A DNA stretch of 63,938 bases, filler included, from Jimgerdemannia flammicorona (lineage: Eukaryota): the NCBI GenBank assembly GCA_003990765.1. It is 2 parts of 2 records of this genome, joined end to end, with 100 filler letters (N's around TTAATTAATTAA, not from the genome) between each part and the next. Parts side by side here need not be neighbours in the genome. Positions count along the whole stretch, not along the records: positions 32,043 to 63,938 come from RBNJ01000373.1; 1 more part is not named here. One strand, 5' to 3'. The first letter of the stretch is position 1. Each line of letters opens with the position of its first letter. The position numbers were made by a program, and so were the translations under genes. Shown here piece by piece: positions 38,219 through 52,860 of the stretch. The notes under the pieces were generated by a model, which did no database searches, was not told the DNA's origin, and saw nothing but the letters and a program-made list of their open reading frames with translations.

Positions 38219-38610
38219 TCAAGTAGATCCAAAGCCTTGTTCTCCTCTCTTAGTCTTGATAAGTTCAATGGCTTCAGTGATTTTAGGCTTCTTGACTTTA
38301 TGAATCAGCATCTGGCCAATCCTGTTATACTTCTGAACTTTGAATGGAGTGGTGGGGTTGTGATTTCTGACTATGAGGAAGATCTCACCAGTATAATCAG
38401 AGTCAATTACTCCTCCTGTAACTGAGATTTTGCTTTTGGCCAGACTGCTCCTGGTCTTGATAATTCTGACATAGTTCTCTAGCAATCTAACTTCAAGTTG
38501 AGTGGTGGTCTGTGGTTTGAGGATAGCATTTTGAATGCTGGCAAGATCCATTCCTATGGCTCCTTTAGTCTTGTATTCTGGGATCTTGGCTTTAGAGTGA
38601 AACTTTTTAT
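38219..38610 (-). pseudogene. dut: Retrotransposon-encoded dUTPase domain between protease and RT
   Basis: All five dUTPase motifs: GAIGMDL, TRSSLA, GGVIDSDYTGEI, RIGQMLI, KRGEQGFGST. Confidence 0.93.
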
Positions 38611-40831
38611 CCTTGAGAGTGATGTCTAGTTCTTGTTCCTTCTCATCATCACTATCAGCTTGAAGCTCTGGGGGCTGGTCATCTTCTTCAGCTTACTTTT
38701 TTACTTTAACAGCTTCTTGTTTATGCCTTTATTGATAGATTTTTCTGACTTCACTGATGTAGGACCAGTAGTCATTCAGATGTTCAGAGCAGTATATTCT
38801 AGTATCATGGGGGCATCTTTCTTGAGGGGCATAGCCATTGATGATCTTATTGTACCACTGCTCATCTGTAAGCTTGGGTGTCTTGCTCTTATTCTTATAT
38901 ACTGAGTGCATGAAGACTTCTGTGTCCTCTTTATCTCCTTTCTCTATATCTGATAGTACTCCTTTATAGACATTAATAGAGACTCCTACCTTTCTTTCTC
39001 TATAGTTGATCTATATCTTCTGGGCATTGAGGTCAATGATAGCCTTGGCCTTATGAAGTCATTGGTTGTCAATAAGGATGTCATAGTTAATGGTACTTGT
39101 AACAATCATATCTACTGAGATAGTAGCTTCTCCAATCTTGATGGAGACTTCTCAGATCTTGTCTAGAAGGGTAGCTTATGTACCATCTTCTGTAACATAG
39201 ACTATTTTGATAGACTCTTCAATGTTCTAGCCTAGGCAGTTAATTGTCTTCTTACTTATGAGGTATCCTCCAGCACTAGTATCAATGATGGCATCAAAGA
39301 TACAATCTTCAATCTGACATAAAGTATAGGCTGATGTCTTGTACTGGTATTTAGATTCTTTTCTCAAGTCTTTTTAATCATCTTCTTATGCATTGTGAAC
39401 TTCTATAATCCTGTGCTCTTGGTTCTTAATAGTGGTTGCAAGTCTTACTCTCAACCACTATCTGAAGGGAAAGACTTTAGCTAGTTGTCCAAAAGTAGCA
39501 TTGATCTTCTGTTTCTTGAGGTCTTTGTAGATATCATACTGATAGATCTTGATCTTATATAGCTTCTGTTCTTTCTTGCTTTTACTTTCTCCTAAGACTG
39601 GAGTGGTGTCTTTAATGATTTGGTAGGTAGCTTCATCTAACTCCATATCTTGATCAATCTCCTTAAGTTAGGTCTTGCTTTGAATAGTAACAGCTGAGGT
39701 CTTCATTGGTCTTCCAACTGACTTGCTGTTGCCCTTCTTATCATAGAGCTTGGATTGAGTTCTGGTACTTTCAGTAATAGAGTAGAATTTGGACTTCTCA
39801 TAGTATTCTTCATCATCAGTATCACCAATCTCCTCAATGATCACTATATTGGTTTGTTCTCTAGTTCTAGTAGTATTGCTTAATTGGACATTGTGTCTTG
39901 TTTCAGTCATACAACTCTTTACATAGTGGCCTTCTTCTCTACATCTGAAGTATATAATATTGCATTTTCTATAGTAATTGTAAATCTCTGTACTGGCCTC
40001 CTATTAGTGCTTTAGACTTCTCTAATAACATCACTAAGGTATATAGTCATCTCAGCAAACTACTTAGTGAGTTCCTCCACTAGATCAGCTTTGGCTACCT
40101 TGGGAGTAGGTGGGGATAGTTATCTGATTATGACTGTGGTAAGTATAATACTAGTTGCCTTTTGTGGCTCTATCTTGATACTAGTTATTTTCTCTATTGA
40201 GTGGTTGGCAGAGTGTCTGGCAGTCTAATATCTCTATGCAAAGACCATTTTCTGATCAAGGATCAGAGTAGCTGGGGTAGACTAGATTGTTAGGGCAATT
40301 TCAGAGTGAACTTCTTAAGGAAGATTGAATCAGCTATTTGTTTCTTAAGGGCATCATCATAGTCAGCTAAGACAATCTAGTGGCAGATTCAGGTGTAGAA
40401 TGAGGGGGGATCTTCACTGAGTCTCTAGTAGATAGTATTGAGTAGATCCTTGAGAGCTTGCTTGATCTCTTCAGTATAGTATGTAGTTCTGAGGAAGGTC
40501 TTCATATTGACAAGTTTGGCTGCACCAGCATTAGTAATAGTGGCTATATTAAACTTATCTCTGGCAGATCCTCTGAGGCTCACAGGTAGAAGGGCCAATT
40601 GTGCATCCATATAAGAGCTCATATAGTGGCAAATTGTTCAAAGTCTTCAATAAAGATCAGGATTGACTTTTCAGCAATATATCTACAGAATGTGGGGAGA
40701 TATATTTCTATCTTATCTTGAATTCTTACAGGAGTGACTCTTGTAGTCAGTGTAGTTATTGTGGTAGTTGTTCATTTTTCAGTTTGAAAGTGAGGGATTC
40801 ATCTTAAATTACCAGCCAATGGATACTAAGT

Positions 40832-42380
40832 TATCACATAGTAGTCACTAAGTCATTCAAATATATCAGATTCTCTTAAAGGTATATCTTTTAGACTAAC
40901 CACAAGTTTGTTATAAGTAAGTCCTTATTGAAGTACCTTCCCAAGGTTTTATAGTCCTCAAACTTCTTATCTTTAAATTGTCTTATTATCTCTTAGATTG
41001 CTTGTATAGAATTGAGTGTAAGTGAACTAGAACTGACTTTATTTCAAAGAAAATAAGAGGGATATTTATATAAAAAATATAATTCAATAGTTGCTAAGTT
41101 ATAAAGCTAAATATAAATTTCAATAACTAAATAAAATACTGGAACACAGAAAACTATAGTTGTAAGTACAAATTCAAATATCTGTACAAATGATTGTACA
41201 AGTTCAGAATGTCAGTAGATTTTGGTAATATAGAAAAAGAGTGTCTGAAGATTTAGATGTTACAGAAAAAAGATATTGATAGAATTCAGTTATACAGAAA
41301 AAGGAGGCTAGAAAATTTTGGTGTTACCAAGAACTTATAGCAGAATGTTCAGAACTATGGAGACTTTATCTTTATTACTGCTAAAGGAAATGAGATCAAT
41401 GAATTTTTCATCTATTTTGTGTGTTTTGTATATGTCATGTGGGATGATATCATTGCTGATGATGTCATCATATTCAGTAATGGTGGAAGCTCTTCAATCT
41501 ATAACATTCTCTTCTACAAAATAAGGAACAAATGTGGGATCTTTGGGAGGTCTAATCTAAATACTGGAGCCTTGAAATGCTGAGATCAATCTTTGCATAA
41601 ATTGATCTGAATTATCCTGAAGGATGGGATATGAGAATTCTTCTACTTCATCACTATTGAGGGTGATGGTGGAATGGGCTTCTGTGGCCACCATAGCCTC
41701 CAGTATATTAGTATAGTGAGCTAACAGTTTCTTGAAGTCTGAGATTCTAGTATACTCTAAGTTGGAGATTGACTATAGTATATGCCTGAAGACCTGATGA
41801 ATCTTCTTAGCTGTACTTATTTTATATATATCTATGGGAGTAGTATCTTGTATTTCTTGGAGACTAGTCTGAGGGAATTTCTGATAGAGGAGATTTTCTA
41901 TTTCATATTCCTGTTACATCTAGAGGTATGTATTCAGTAGCAATAGTAATCCTTGTTTCCATTTTATAGTAGTAGAGAATATAATGATAAGGGTGACTAG
42001 TATCCAGGTTAAGGTTAGGAGTCCTTCTTGTATGGATTCTCATGGCTCTTCTGATATCTTAGAACATCCTTTTCTAGACTGAGGGGCCTTGGTGGTTTTT
42101 GGATCTTGAGGTTTGGCAAGCAGTAGGCATTTGTTTGTGGTAAGTCTTTGGAACTATTTTTGTGAGCTTTGTTTAGATTGCTGCTACTGCAGTTTCTTAA
42201 TCCTTCTTTTATATTCCTCAAGATATCTGTCTATAGATACAATAACTTATAGTTAGTCATTATTACTCATCTTGTAGCCTGGGTGAGTTATGCTATATAA
42301 TCTTCTATACTTCAATCTGGTAGCTTGTAAGAAAAGACTGTCTTCTGTATTGATATCATCATTTTGAGATCACTATTACA
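40832..42380 (-). repeat. 5' LTR of Gypsy family 1
   Basis: Direct repeat of 33607-35159. On minus it is followed by TAGTATCC (decayed TGG-type PBS) and a gag ATG at ~40775. Confidence 0.93.
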
Positions 42381-42976
42381 ATATTTATAAAGCTTGAAAA
42401 TCATTATAATTTAATAAGAATCTTTTATTATTATAGGTATTCTAATTAAATATTTTCCTCTTTAATATATTTACTTTTCTAATTATACTATTTATTCACA
42501 ATAATTCTAGATTACCTTACTTCTATCTTCTGATATATCACAAATTAACTAATAACAAAGATAATAATAATAAGCCTGATATAGTGATACTAATCCATAT
42601 CAAGAGTAAATCTGCAGCTATTCAGGACTACTGATATCTGAGTGATAGACATACTCAGATGATAATAAGAAACAGATTTTTGATAACTGCTATATATTTA
42701 GAAATAAGTGACTTGTACTCAGTATAGACAGCTAATTTAGAGATTCAGATTACTATATAAGAAGAAGAAGTAGATAAATCTAACAGATATAAGTATAAAA
42801 AAGAATAGTTTTGATGAGGGTCTGTCATGTATGGAAAAGGAAAAGGAGGGTTAAAGTATATCTAGTTTGGCAGAGAGAAGAGGAGGCTAGATTAGAAAAA
42901 GAGTAGTATTCTGGACATAGCTTGAGCTGGAGTTAGAGGTGAGTCAGCTGGGTTAACTGATAATAATGTGTAGAAG

Positions 42977-43556
42977 TAGTACTCTGAATGAGTTAATTTG
43001 GATCAGATTTGAATCCCATCTAGATCAACTTGGAAGAAATTTGAATCTCATCTGGATGGAATTTGAATTCCATCTGGATGGATTCATATTAACTATTATT
43101 TTGATTTCCAAATTAGACAATTAAATATTTTCATCAATAACTTAATGAATAATCATTCAAATTAATGATCTTAGTGTCATTTGAAAGCCCTTAATAAGAC
43201 TTATTTAATGATATCAAGAATATTAAAATCAGATCATGTGTTGTTGAGTTATTAAGGAAAATATCATACTTGCTGATTTTGAAAATTATTTGACTTGCCA
43301 ATATTGGAAATTTTGTCAAAAGAATGGTTTCCTTAATAGCTTGGCAATGTGTAATCCAATTTTAACATTCTTGATATCATTAGAAAGGGCTTATTAAGGG
43401 CTTTCCGAAGGCACTATGATTATCAAAATTAGATGATGATTCATCAAGTTATTGATATAAACATTTAATTATCTAATTTTTGAATCAATCCAGATGGGAT
43501 TCAATCTGAATCAATCTGAATCCATTCTGGATTAAATTGACTCATTTGGAGTACTA
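42977..43556. mobile_element. hAT-type foldback MITE (580 bp)
   Basis: TIRs TAGTACTCTGAATGAGTTAATT / AATTGACTCATTTGGAGTACTA. 8-bp TSD TGTAGAAG (42969-42976) / TGTGGAAG (43557-43564). The two arms are complementary over most of the length. Confidence 0.88.
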
Positions 43557-45904
43557 TGTGGAAGGATTATCAAATTTAATATCTATAATGATATCTTCTT
43601 AGTATATTGAAAAGTGTAACTATTAGACATGAAGGTTACTAGTAATAATGAAGATGAGAAAGAGATACTAGATATAATAGATAATTAGAGCCATGAATGA
43701 GAGATAAAAGCTCAAAATTGAGAGAGTATGGTAAGATTTCAGAGATTAGAGAAGGGGAAAAGTAGCAGAAGAGGACAAAGAGATATATAAATGAAATGAG
43801 ACAAGAGATAAAAGAATGATATTTATATAGGTTTTTGTCTGTTTAACATCTAGCTGCAATATTTCAGATAATATATCTCTCTCTTATCTGGTTAAATATA
43901 ATTTTCTCTTTATTTTATTTTATTTTTTATTCTTTTAATGAATTAGTCAGTATAATTATAATTATTAAATTAATAATAATTAATCAAAGTTACTATACCA
44001 TCTTATATATATCTCTCTTATATGTAATGATAATAAAGTAATACAATTTATATATAATGATATTTATACAATATTTATTATATTATTATACTCACAATCT
44101 ACTAGAGTATCAAAAACTAAAGAAAAAGAGGGTATATCAGGAGCTATAGGGAGAGAAAGAAGAGTAAACCCAAAGTCAGTATCAAAGATATAATATATAA
44201 AAAAAGACAGTAAAAGGATAGAATAAAGAATTAAGTAGAAATTGTATCAGCTATTTATTATTATATAAAAGAATAGTCCTAATATACAAAAATGAAGTTC
44301 TAAAAAGAAATAATATACTACAATACAGAGTTAACTATATTAGAAACCAAATGTCACATAAAGAGCTAATCTTAAAGCAAGAATAAAAATCATAAACAAA
44401 TAAATCCAAATCAATATTAAAAATATCTTCAGATCTCAGAGAGATAAGTAAGAGCAAGAGGTAAAGATTAAGTAAAGTGAGATACAGCAAGTCTGAGGTA
44501 AAGCTGAGGGACTGAAGATAGTAGAGAAGAGCAAAGTGAAAACTGAATATCTCAGAGCAAACATAAGATCCCAGAGAGGGTCAGGATTTTTTTAATCTTT
44601 TCTAGCAGATATAAAGAGATCTAAGATAACAAAAATACAAAATGAGAGAAGAAAGATGCAATTTATAATAAAAGGGTATTGGAAAAGAGAGAAAAGTGCA
44701 GAACAGTATTAGAGTATTTTATTTTTTTTCTTTTAATTTCTTTATTAACTAATCTACTATAATAAATATACTATCCTCATACCACACCAGTAGCCCCACC
44801 CTAACTCATTCTACTTTACTCTACCCTAATACACTCTCTCTTTTCTACTTCAACTCTCTTAAAAATAACTATATTATTAATTACTCCAACCTATCTACTA
44901 TTCTTCTCATATATTGTTTCTATCAGATATCTATAGTGACCTCTCTGACAGCATCAGGATATTGTATAGTATAAAGCTCAGCAAGTATAAATGAATAATA
45001 TAATAAGAATCAGGAGAGAGAAGAAGAGAAGACACAAAGTAGATAAGGAGAGAGAGAGGAAAGCATGGGGAGTAGAGGAGAGAGAGAAGAGAGGAGACTA
45101 TAATAGACTATTCTATAAAGGTACGTAATTAACAAATGATAGAAATAGAATATATATAGTAATGGATCACAAAGTTGTCAAAAATCCAAACTACCAATAC
45201 TTAATCAGAATATAGGAATAATATAATACAAGATATCAAACTTTACCTTAAGTATATTTATGAAGAGTACAATGAGAATAATTAGAATAATAGTCAGAGA
45301 ACTATTAAGAATGAGTAAACAATAGTTCAGAAAGAAGAAAGAGAAATAAAAAGATCCAAAAAGAGAATACTAGTCGACTTAAGTACCCAGTAATAGAATA
45401 ATAGAGAGAGTAGATACTATTAAACATATTAGAGATATCATGACCAGAAATAGTGAAAATAATAAAGTTATTAATATAGTAGCAAAAGAAGATATTTCTA
45501 GTCCCAAAGGTGATGACAAGTAGTGAAGAAGGATTATATAGTATATGGAGCTCATGGGCTATGCCAATAAGGTAGTAAGAGTGGGGGTACAATTCATTCT
45601 TATGATAATACCAGAAATCTAATAATAAGAGTCAAGAGCTGACTTAAAAAAGTTTAAGTAGTAAATAAGAAGTATGAGCTCAATAATTGAGATTAAAGAA
45701 ACTGAAGAATCCAAATAGTAAATAATAGGGCTAAGTAAGTATAGGCCATCATCAATCTTTTCAAAATAAATAGTAGTATAGAAGGAAGAAAAATCACCAA
45801 AAGCCAAATAGAAAAAATGAGTAATAGATATAATAGTAGAATACAAAAGGGCAAAGCTCTAAATATTATAAAGAATAGTGAGAAGTACTATTCAAAAGAG
45901 GAAG

Positions 45905-47736
45905 TGTTAAAATATCTTGGTTATAACAACTTGATTATATAGTGGTTATATAGTAGTGTGGTCTGACTATGTCATTATATAAGTATTATCAATACATATA
46001 AAAGTATATAAGTTAGTATTAATAAATAATATCTCTCTTTCTACTCTTTCAAGTATTCTACAACAAAAGGTTATAAGTCTTGCTAGCAAAAGTAGATAAC
46101 AAATATACCTCTCTTATATATATACTATACTATACTATAATATTGATCAATATTAGTAATGCAAGCAGTATGCTAAGTTTAAGTAGTATAAGCAGAATGA
46201 GACCTAAAATGGGTACTAGTAGTATAAGTATATAATAGACACATCTATAGCAGTACTAAAGACAATAAAGAGAATGATTTCTGTCTTTATTGATAAAGAA
46301 TATACCATATAGATATACTATATAAAGAACCCCTTAGAAGAATGTAGTTAGAAGATTATTGGAAGCCACAGATATAAGTAATGATATACAAAGCTGTGAA
46401 GGATCACAGAGCACTAAGAGAGATTATGTTCACTCTTTCAAATATATAAATAAAACTTGTCATCAATTCTATAATAGTGAACAAAGTCTGAGAGATCTTA
46501 TATAATCACTACTAGTAGATATCTATATTAAAAAGATTCTATCTAAAAGTATAACTATTTAATTTCTAAATAAATTTCTAAAAGAGTATCCAGAACTATA
46601 CCAACTATATTAATGATCTGCAAAATCTAGTGAACTCTCTTTCTATGATAACAGATCTCATCAAGGATGAAGACAAGGTTCTGGTTCTTATACATAATAT
46701 TCCCAAGATATTCAATATAGTTATCACTGCTATGAGAGAATCTGACAAACTATCAGACTATAATTATATTTTCATGAGCCTTTTAAATAAGAAATCAAGA
46801 TTGAGTGATAATGATAATGATGATAGTGATGAGAATGCTTTCTATAAAGTACATAGATGAGACAAAGGTAAGCTGAGCAAAGGATGAGACCAAGGCCAGT
46901 AATATGAGAAATTTGATAGTAAATACTTCTATTGTAATAAGTGTAAACATCATGAGTAAGATTGCAACCATAAGAAAAAGAAAAAGAGTGATCAAAGTGA
47001 GCAATATAGAAAATAGTAAGTGAATGTTATAGATAACAACAGTAATAATGAAAATAGTGAAGGTAATAGAGACTTGTTTTTTACAGAAGCAGTAATCTAT
47101 CTATATACAAAAGGAGTTATAGGAATAAAAAATATTGACATAAGCACTAGCATGAATGTAAGCTATATACCAAGTGTTTATACATATAGCAAAGAAGTCT
47201 GGCTTATGGATTCTGGAACAATATTGTCTATAATAGCTTACTATAAGTAGTTCTTTATGTATGAGAAGTTTGAGTACCCCATATCTATCAAACTAGATAA
47301 CAATAATGTTATTTACACTCAAGGCAAAGGAAATGTTGATATATATCTATATAAGAAAGTTAATAAACCCTCAGACATCTTTGTAGACATACTATATACT
47401 CTAGATATTACCAAGAACCTCTTCTCAATAGCTCAGATGATGGCTCAAGGAGATAAAGAAGTAAATATATGACTAAATGGTATAATAATAACCAATCTAA
47501 AGTACAATAAGGAGTTAATATATATATTAAAAAAGAGAAACCTATATGCAATTAATAGTATACTGAGTAGTATATTATTCAAATATTCTACTATAACTGA
47601 AGAGGATCTCTGATATATATAGTATAAATACTTAGAACACATCAGCAAGATGAGCTTGGAATAGATGATAAGGAGTAAATCTATATATGGCTTACCAAAC
47701 TGTATATTACTGAACTTTAGCTTTTGTATTAGATAT
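45905..47736 (+). mobile_element. 5' part of a decayed Ty1/Copia element, interrupted by a Gypsy insertion
   Basis: Short LTR TGTT...AACA (45905-46065) followed by PBS-like GGTTATAAG. Gag-like IKDEDKVLVLIHNIP, knuckle YFYCNKCKHHE*DC, protease WLMDSGT, TQGKGNV...KNLFSIAQM, and a pre-integrase HHCC remnant (YKYLEHISKMSL...YGLP...FCIRY) cut at 47736. Confidence 0.85.
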
Positions 47737-50700
47737 TGTAATGGACCAAAATATACCATCCGAATTATAACTTAGCCAGATGATGTGAACCATCAGCATA
47801 CTTACTCAGCATGATGTGACTTCTAGTATATCATAGCTACCCATGCCTGCCACACTTATAATTAGCCAAGACACCAGATCAGGAGTGTTTATCTGTATCC
47901 TGTGGACACACTTATGTCCTGTGGACATACTTATATCCTGTGGACACACTTATGTCCTGTGGACACACTCATGTCCTGCAGACACACTCATATCCTGTGG
48001 ACACACCTGTACCCAGAAGACACACTCAAACATTACCAGAAGTAGTAAATCTATAGTTAGCTGCATAGCAACCAGATAGCAACCAATCTGTATAAATTAC
48101 CTCAGAGATAAGAGTAAATAAACCTCAGTCCAAAATACAAACACCAAAGAAGCCTCTAAAGATTGAGCATTGGTCTTCTTTCCACTCTGGTCCACTTTCT
48201 GATACAAAGAAGAGTTTGTTATGTTTTTGGTTCACTTGCCAGATAAGCCTGAAGATTTGCCACCTAAGTTCAAGGAGAACTTCGCCACCTTTTGAGTAAT
48301 CTGCCATTTAAGGAATAAGCTGCCATTTCTAAGTTATCTGCATTCCCAGAAAGCCACCTTGCACAAGCCAGTTTCTGATGCAACTTCGCAGTAATCTGTC
48401 ATGCAAACAAAGCCAGTCTTTAACACAACTTTGCCAAGAGACCCTTTCCAAGCTGTCAGTTATATTTCCCAAAGAATTCACTATCTATTGTTCATATCTC
48501 CAGTTGAAGCCAATTCAGGAGAATCTACACCATTGTATTTTCAGAAGAACCTGATTTGGAAGAACTCATGCCATTTGAGTAGTATTCCTAGTTGTCTGAA
48601 TTATCCACACCATCCAGAGTTATTCATTGTTCCCAGTGAGCCCGGCATAGAGAATCTGCCACCAGTATTATTCTCAGTAAGAAGAATCTATGCCATACAA
48701 TTCCCAGTGAGCCAAATCAAGTTATCCATCAGATCATCAGAACATCCTGCATAAGGAACCCACCACACTACACAAAGATCGCCCACTCCCAAGAAGGAGA
48801 ACTGCTAAATTGCCAGACTGTCATGCACAAGATTGTCACACTACACAGAAATCACCTGCTACTCAAGAAGGAAACTGCTTGTACTATATATAAAATCCTA
48901 CTATTCCCAGTTGACTCAAGAAGGAAAGATACAAATCGCCACTATACTTAGAGAACTATCCCAATAAGGAAACCACTCACAGATATCCAGCTTGACTATT
49001 ATACCACTAAACACCAAGGACCTCAGGAATCTTAGAACATTTTGTTGCTTTTTGACATAGTAACTGAGGGCTCAAGCCAAACTACATCAATCCCCAACCT
49101 TGTAATTTGCCTCCATTGAGCCAGGCACATTATATCTGGGGGCTCAACTGGGAAGATTTTTTTTTTAAAATCAATGTGACATTTCAGCTCACAAGAACCC
49201 ACAGTCAAACTGGATACATTTGATACAACACCAACCTCTGCTACTACAAGAGAACCAGTTATCACCAGCATCTGGACAGGAAGAGAAGTAATCACTTCAA
49301 GACTTGCCAATTACCCAATATCAGAAGGATCCCAACTAGAGCCAGAAGGCAGTACAGCTTGAAATCTCCAACCAGATCAACCAGACAATACAGGCAGCCC
49401 TGCTGGAGATTTTGGAGAACTTGCACAAGAACTAGAAGATCTTATTACATGGACCCAATACTTTACAGCCAGACACCCCACACCAGTCTCACCAATCTTG
49501 TCAATAGAACCCCTACCACAACCCCTTGCAGAACCAGAAGTAGCTCCTACAAGAATACCTAGGCCTATTCCACTCCATCCAAGGACCAGAACACCATCTT
49601 CAAGATACCCAAGCACCCCCATCTCCAGTGACAGTTCAGAAAGTGAATCAGAACCGGAATCAGAAGAAAGTGATGATGAAATGGCCACCTCATTGCCAAC
49701 TTTTGCAGGATATCCAGAAGAAGACCTCAGAGAATTTCTTAATGGGATTGAAGGAATCGTAGTCTTGAGAAATCTCTCAGATGAAAGAAAAATTGCCATC
49801 TACAAAGCTCAGCTCAGGGAACCAGCCAGAGGAATTTTCTATTAAACAGCAAACAACTGAGATTCAGAATTAGCAAGACAGATACAAGCAGCAATATCTG
49901 ATGAGCTAGAATATGAGGCCATGGTCCACTGGCTCATTGAAAAATATGCAGGAAATGAAACCTGCTACAAGGCTCAAGAATCTATCGTAGGATGAAGATG
50001 AATCTTGGAGAATCACCTAGAGCCGTCTTCATAAGAATCCAGAAGAGAATGTATATTGCTGGGTTCAATACCACCAACCAAGACATCATAGGTCCAATGA
50101 TCTTTATGAATAGATTTCCACCAAATATTGCCCAGCATATCTGTACTCTAGGTATCAGAAGATCCAAAGAGCAAGTAGATGCAGCCTAAGAATTCTTTGA
50201 TATCAGACAAGGAACTACCTGGAGTGACCATGGTAAGAAAGATAATAAGGAAGAAATCCTAGTCAAAGCTCTACAAAGACTCCTTCAAGGACAAGAGAAA
50301 TCCAAAGAAAGAAGACCAGCTAAGAAAGGAAAGAAGAATAGAAGCAAAATCTAAGACCTCAGCTCCAAGTTGGATCAATTGGTTGGACAGATTGAAAAAC
50401 TCACCATATATAAAAATCGAAGCTACTAAGATAACAGAGGATACCCACCACAGAGGAGCCAAGGTTATCCATCAAGAGATAACAGGAACTACCAGCAAGA
50501 GGAAAGAAGATACTCTGCCTGAAATAGAGCCCAAGTCCAATGCTTCTACTGTGAATAATTTGGACACTATACTACTGAATGTGACAACAAAAGAAGTGAC
50601 TGAAGGGACTCAGAACTACCAAACTGAAGGAATGACACTCAGTACAAGAAGACTGAAGCCCATCCTATTAAGGATTTCAAAGAGACAAGCAACAGTGAAG

Positions 50701-52860
50701 ACTACAGTGACCTATACTTATACTCTACCAAAGTCACTACCTAAAAGACAGTCTATTCAGCAGAGAAAAGGAAGAGACTTATTGGAAGGCCATCCAGGAA
50801 TATCAGCAGAAGAATCATTTAAGAAGAAGATGAAGAACATGAAGAAGAATAAGTAGAAATACCTCCCCAGACTCTCTCACCTTTTGTTCTCAAGATAAAT
50901 GAGTTGCTACAAGAGGATGGAGAAATAGAACAAAAAGAATGAGAACCCACTGCCCCAAAGCCCAAGAAGAAGTATACTCTGAAGACTATGCCCAGAGACA
51001 TCTATAATGAAGTCTGACAAAAAATTCAAGAAGCCAAGATAGAAGTCCCTCTTCTGCAGTTCCTGCAACTGATACCAGCTGGAGTCTGAAATAAATTGCT
51101 ATAAACTACTAGGTCTAGCACTGGCTGAGTTCCAATCCCACAATAAGAGCCAGCTTTCATTTCTATCTAAGTTGCAGAAAGACTTGTCAGCACCTACCTA
51201 CATGGAGATATTAGAGAACAAAAGGTGAAAATCCTCATAGATACAAGAGCAGCTGTCTGTATCATTGTTAAACAATTTCTGGATACCCTCTAATGGCCCA
51301 TTGATGGCCCATTGATGGACCATCCAATCTCAGCATCATAGTAACAGATGGAGCCTAAACTCAACCCCTTGGTGAAGTATGAAACATCACCATTTCTCTT
51401 GGACACATTCTGTTCTCTATCCTGAAAGCTGTTATCACTGAAGCTATCACTTATAGTATAATCCTAGACATCAACTGGATGAAGAAAATGAATGCAGTTG
51501 TTGATATCAGTCAATAAGTACTCAAGTTTGATTACTGAGGCAAGAAGTACAGAGTTAAGATGACCAGCTATGAGCAATTAAAGAAGAAGAAGAAGATCAC
51601 TATCTAGGAGAAATACACCAGTAGTGAAGAATCTACTACAGAAGAGAAGGAGGAATCTTAAGATAGAAATGATCCCAGACTCAATCCTCAGATCAATCTA
51701 GTAGACAACAGACCAGAGGATAATGTATAGGCCAAGAACACTAACTCCATCACCATTGGAGCCATTGCAGGAGAAATCAAAGGATGCTCCACCTGCCTCA
51801 AAAGACATAAGTGTCTCAAGCACTTCTCCAAGATCATTGGGATAAGGAATTCGCCTGGCATAGCCTGCCCAGAGTGCAGAAAGAAGAAGAAGAAATACAG
51901 ACATGTTCCAGAAACACCTGCAGCCAAAGCTGCAGAAGTATAGGCAATTTGGGGTCAAGAATCATCTGAGTAAGAAGAAGTTTCTGACCAAGAAGTTCCT
52001 GAACAAGAAGCACCTGAAGAAGAAGAGGTCTCTAAACTCATTCTCTGGAATGACCCTCACTGGATACCATCTGAGAATAATGACCTTTGGATTATGGAAG
52101 AAGGACCCAGCACAATCTCCATTATTCCCAAGAAAGAAACATACCAAGAAAGAGCTTTTCAGCTAGGAAGATGTCTACACCAAATGATCTTCTACTCTCC
52201 CTAAGACTACTGCTACTAATGTCATCTACAGGATCAATAGGAAAGACAGAGGCCCCAAAGACCAGAACCCCCAAATATAGTTGTATAGTTAACTACTTTT
52301 TTAGAAGTTACCACCAGGTTGTAAAGCTGATTCAGAGGACAAGGTCTCTTTACCTGAACATTAATATACTGTCTATCCACTCTTCCTACAACTTATGATG
52401 AAGATGGATACTGATTCCCAAGACAATAAGAGGTCAACAATCAAGAATAGCATTTCTGAGCAATGGAATATTGCAATTATAGAAGACATCCAGACTGCTG
52501 AGACTGCAAGCATCAGAAGATTCACCTCAGTCATGATATTGCAATTCACACTTTAAAGAGAGGAGAAAACAGAGATCAGATCCAAAAAAGCCAAACCAAG
52601 AAGCCAGGAAGAAGAATCCTCAAGATCTATGATTTAGGAGAAGACATCCTAGCCCTTATCAGACATGCAATCCACTAAGGATGGGCAGAAGATGCCACCA
52701 ACTTCATAGAAGCCCTAGACCCCACAGGAAGAAGAGAAATTAATTATCTCTAAGATCCCTCTACTGTAGCTAGATGGCTAAACCTCAACCTTAGAGCCTA
52801 GAGGCTCTCTGCTAGTAGAGCTTCAGTACTAGGACAGCCTGAACTTAGTAAGAATATTGC

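Larger units (their letters stand above)
33607..42380 (-). mobile_element. Full-length decayed Ty3/Gypsy LTR retrotransposon, family 1 (gag-PR-dUTPase-RT-RNaseH-IN plus accessory ORFs)
   Basis: Two ~1.55-kb LTRs (33607-35159, 40832-42380), a 4-bp ATAT TSD on both sides, and a PPT (CAGGAGAAAGA on minus) at 35160-35170. Minus-strand motifs: knuckle YFRCREEGHYVKSC (~39915-39955), protease IIDTSAG (~39280), RT YIDNVIIFS / YLGHII / LRLASYYRRFI, RNase H, integrase. Many C-to-T stops. Confidence 0.95.

Noticed and set aside
45893..45904. Purine tract before the Copia LTR implying a tandem upstream element
   Set aside because: No RT or RNase H motifs were recognised in 45100-45900, and the region is purine-rich generally.
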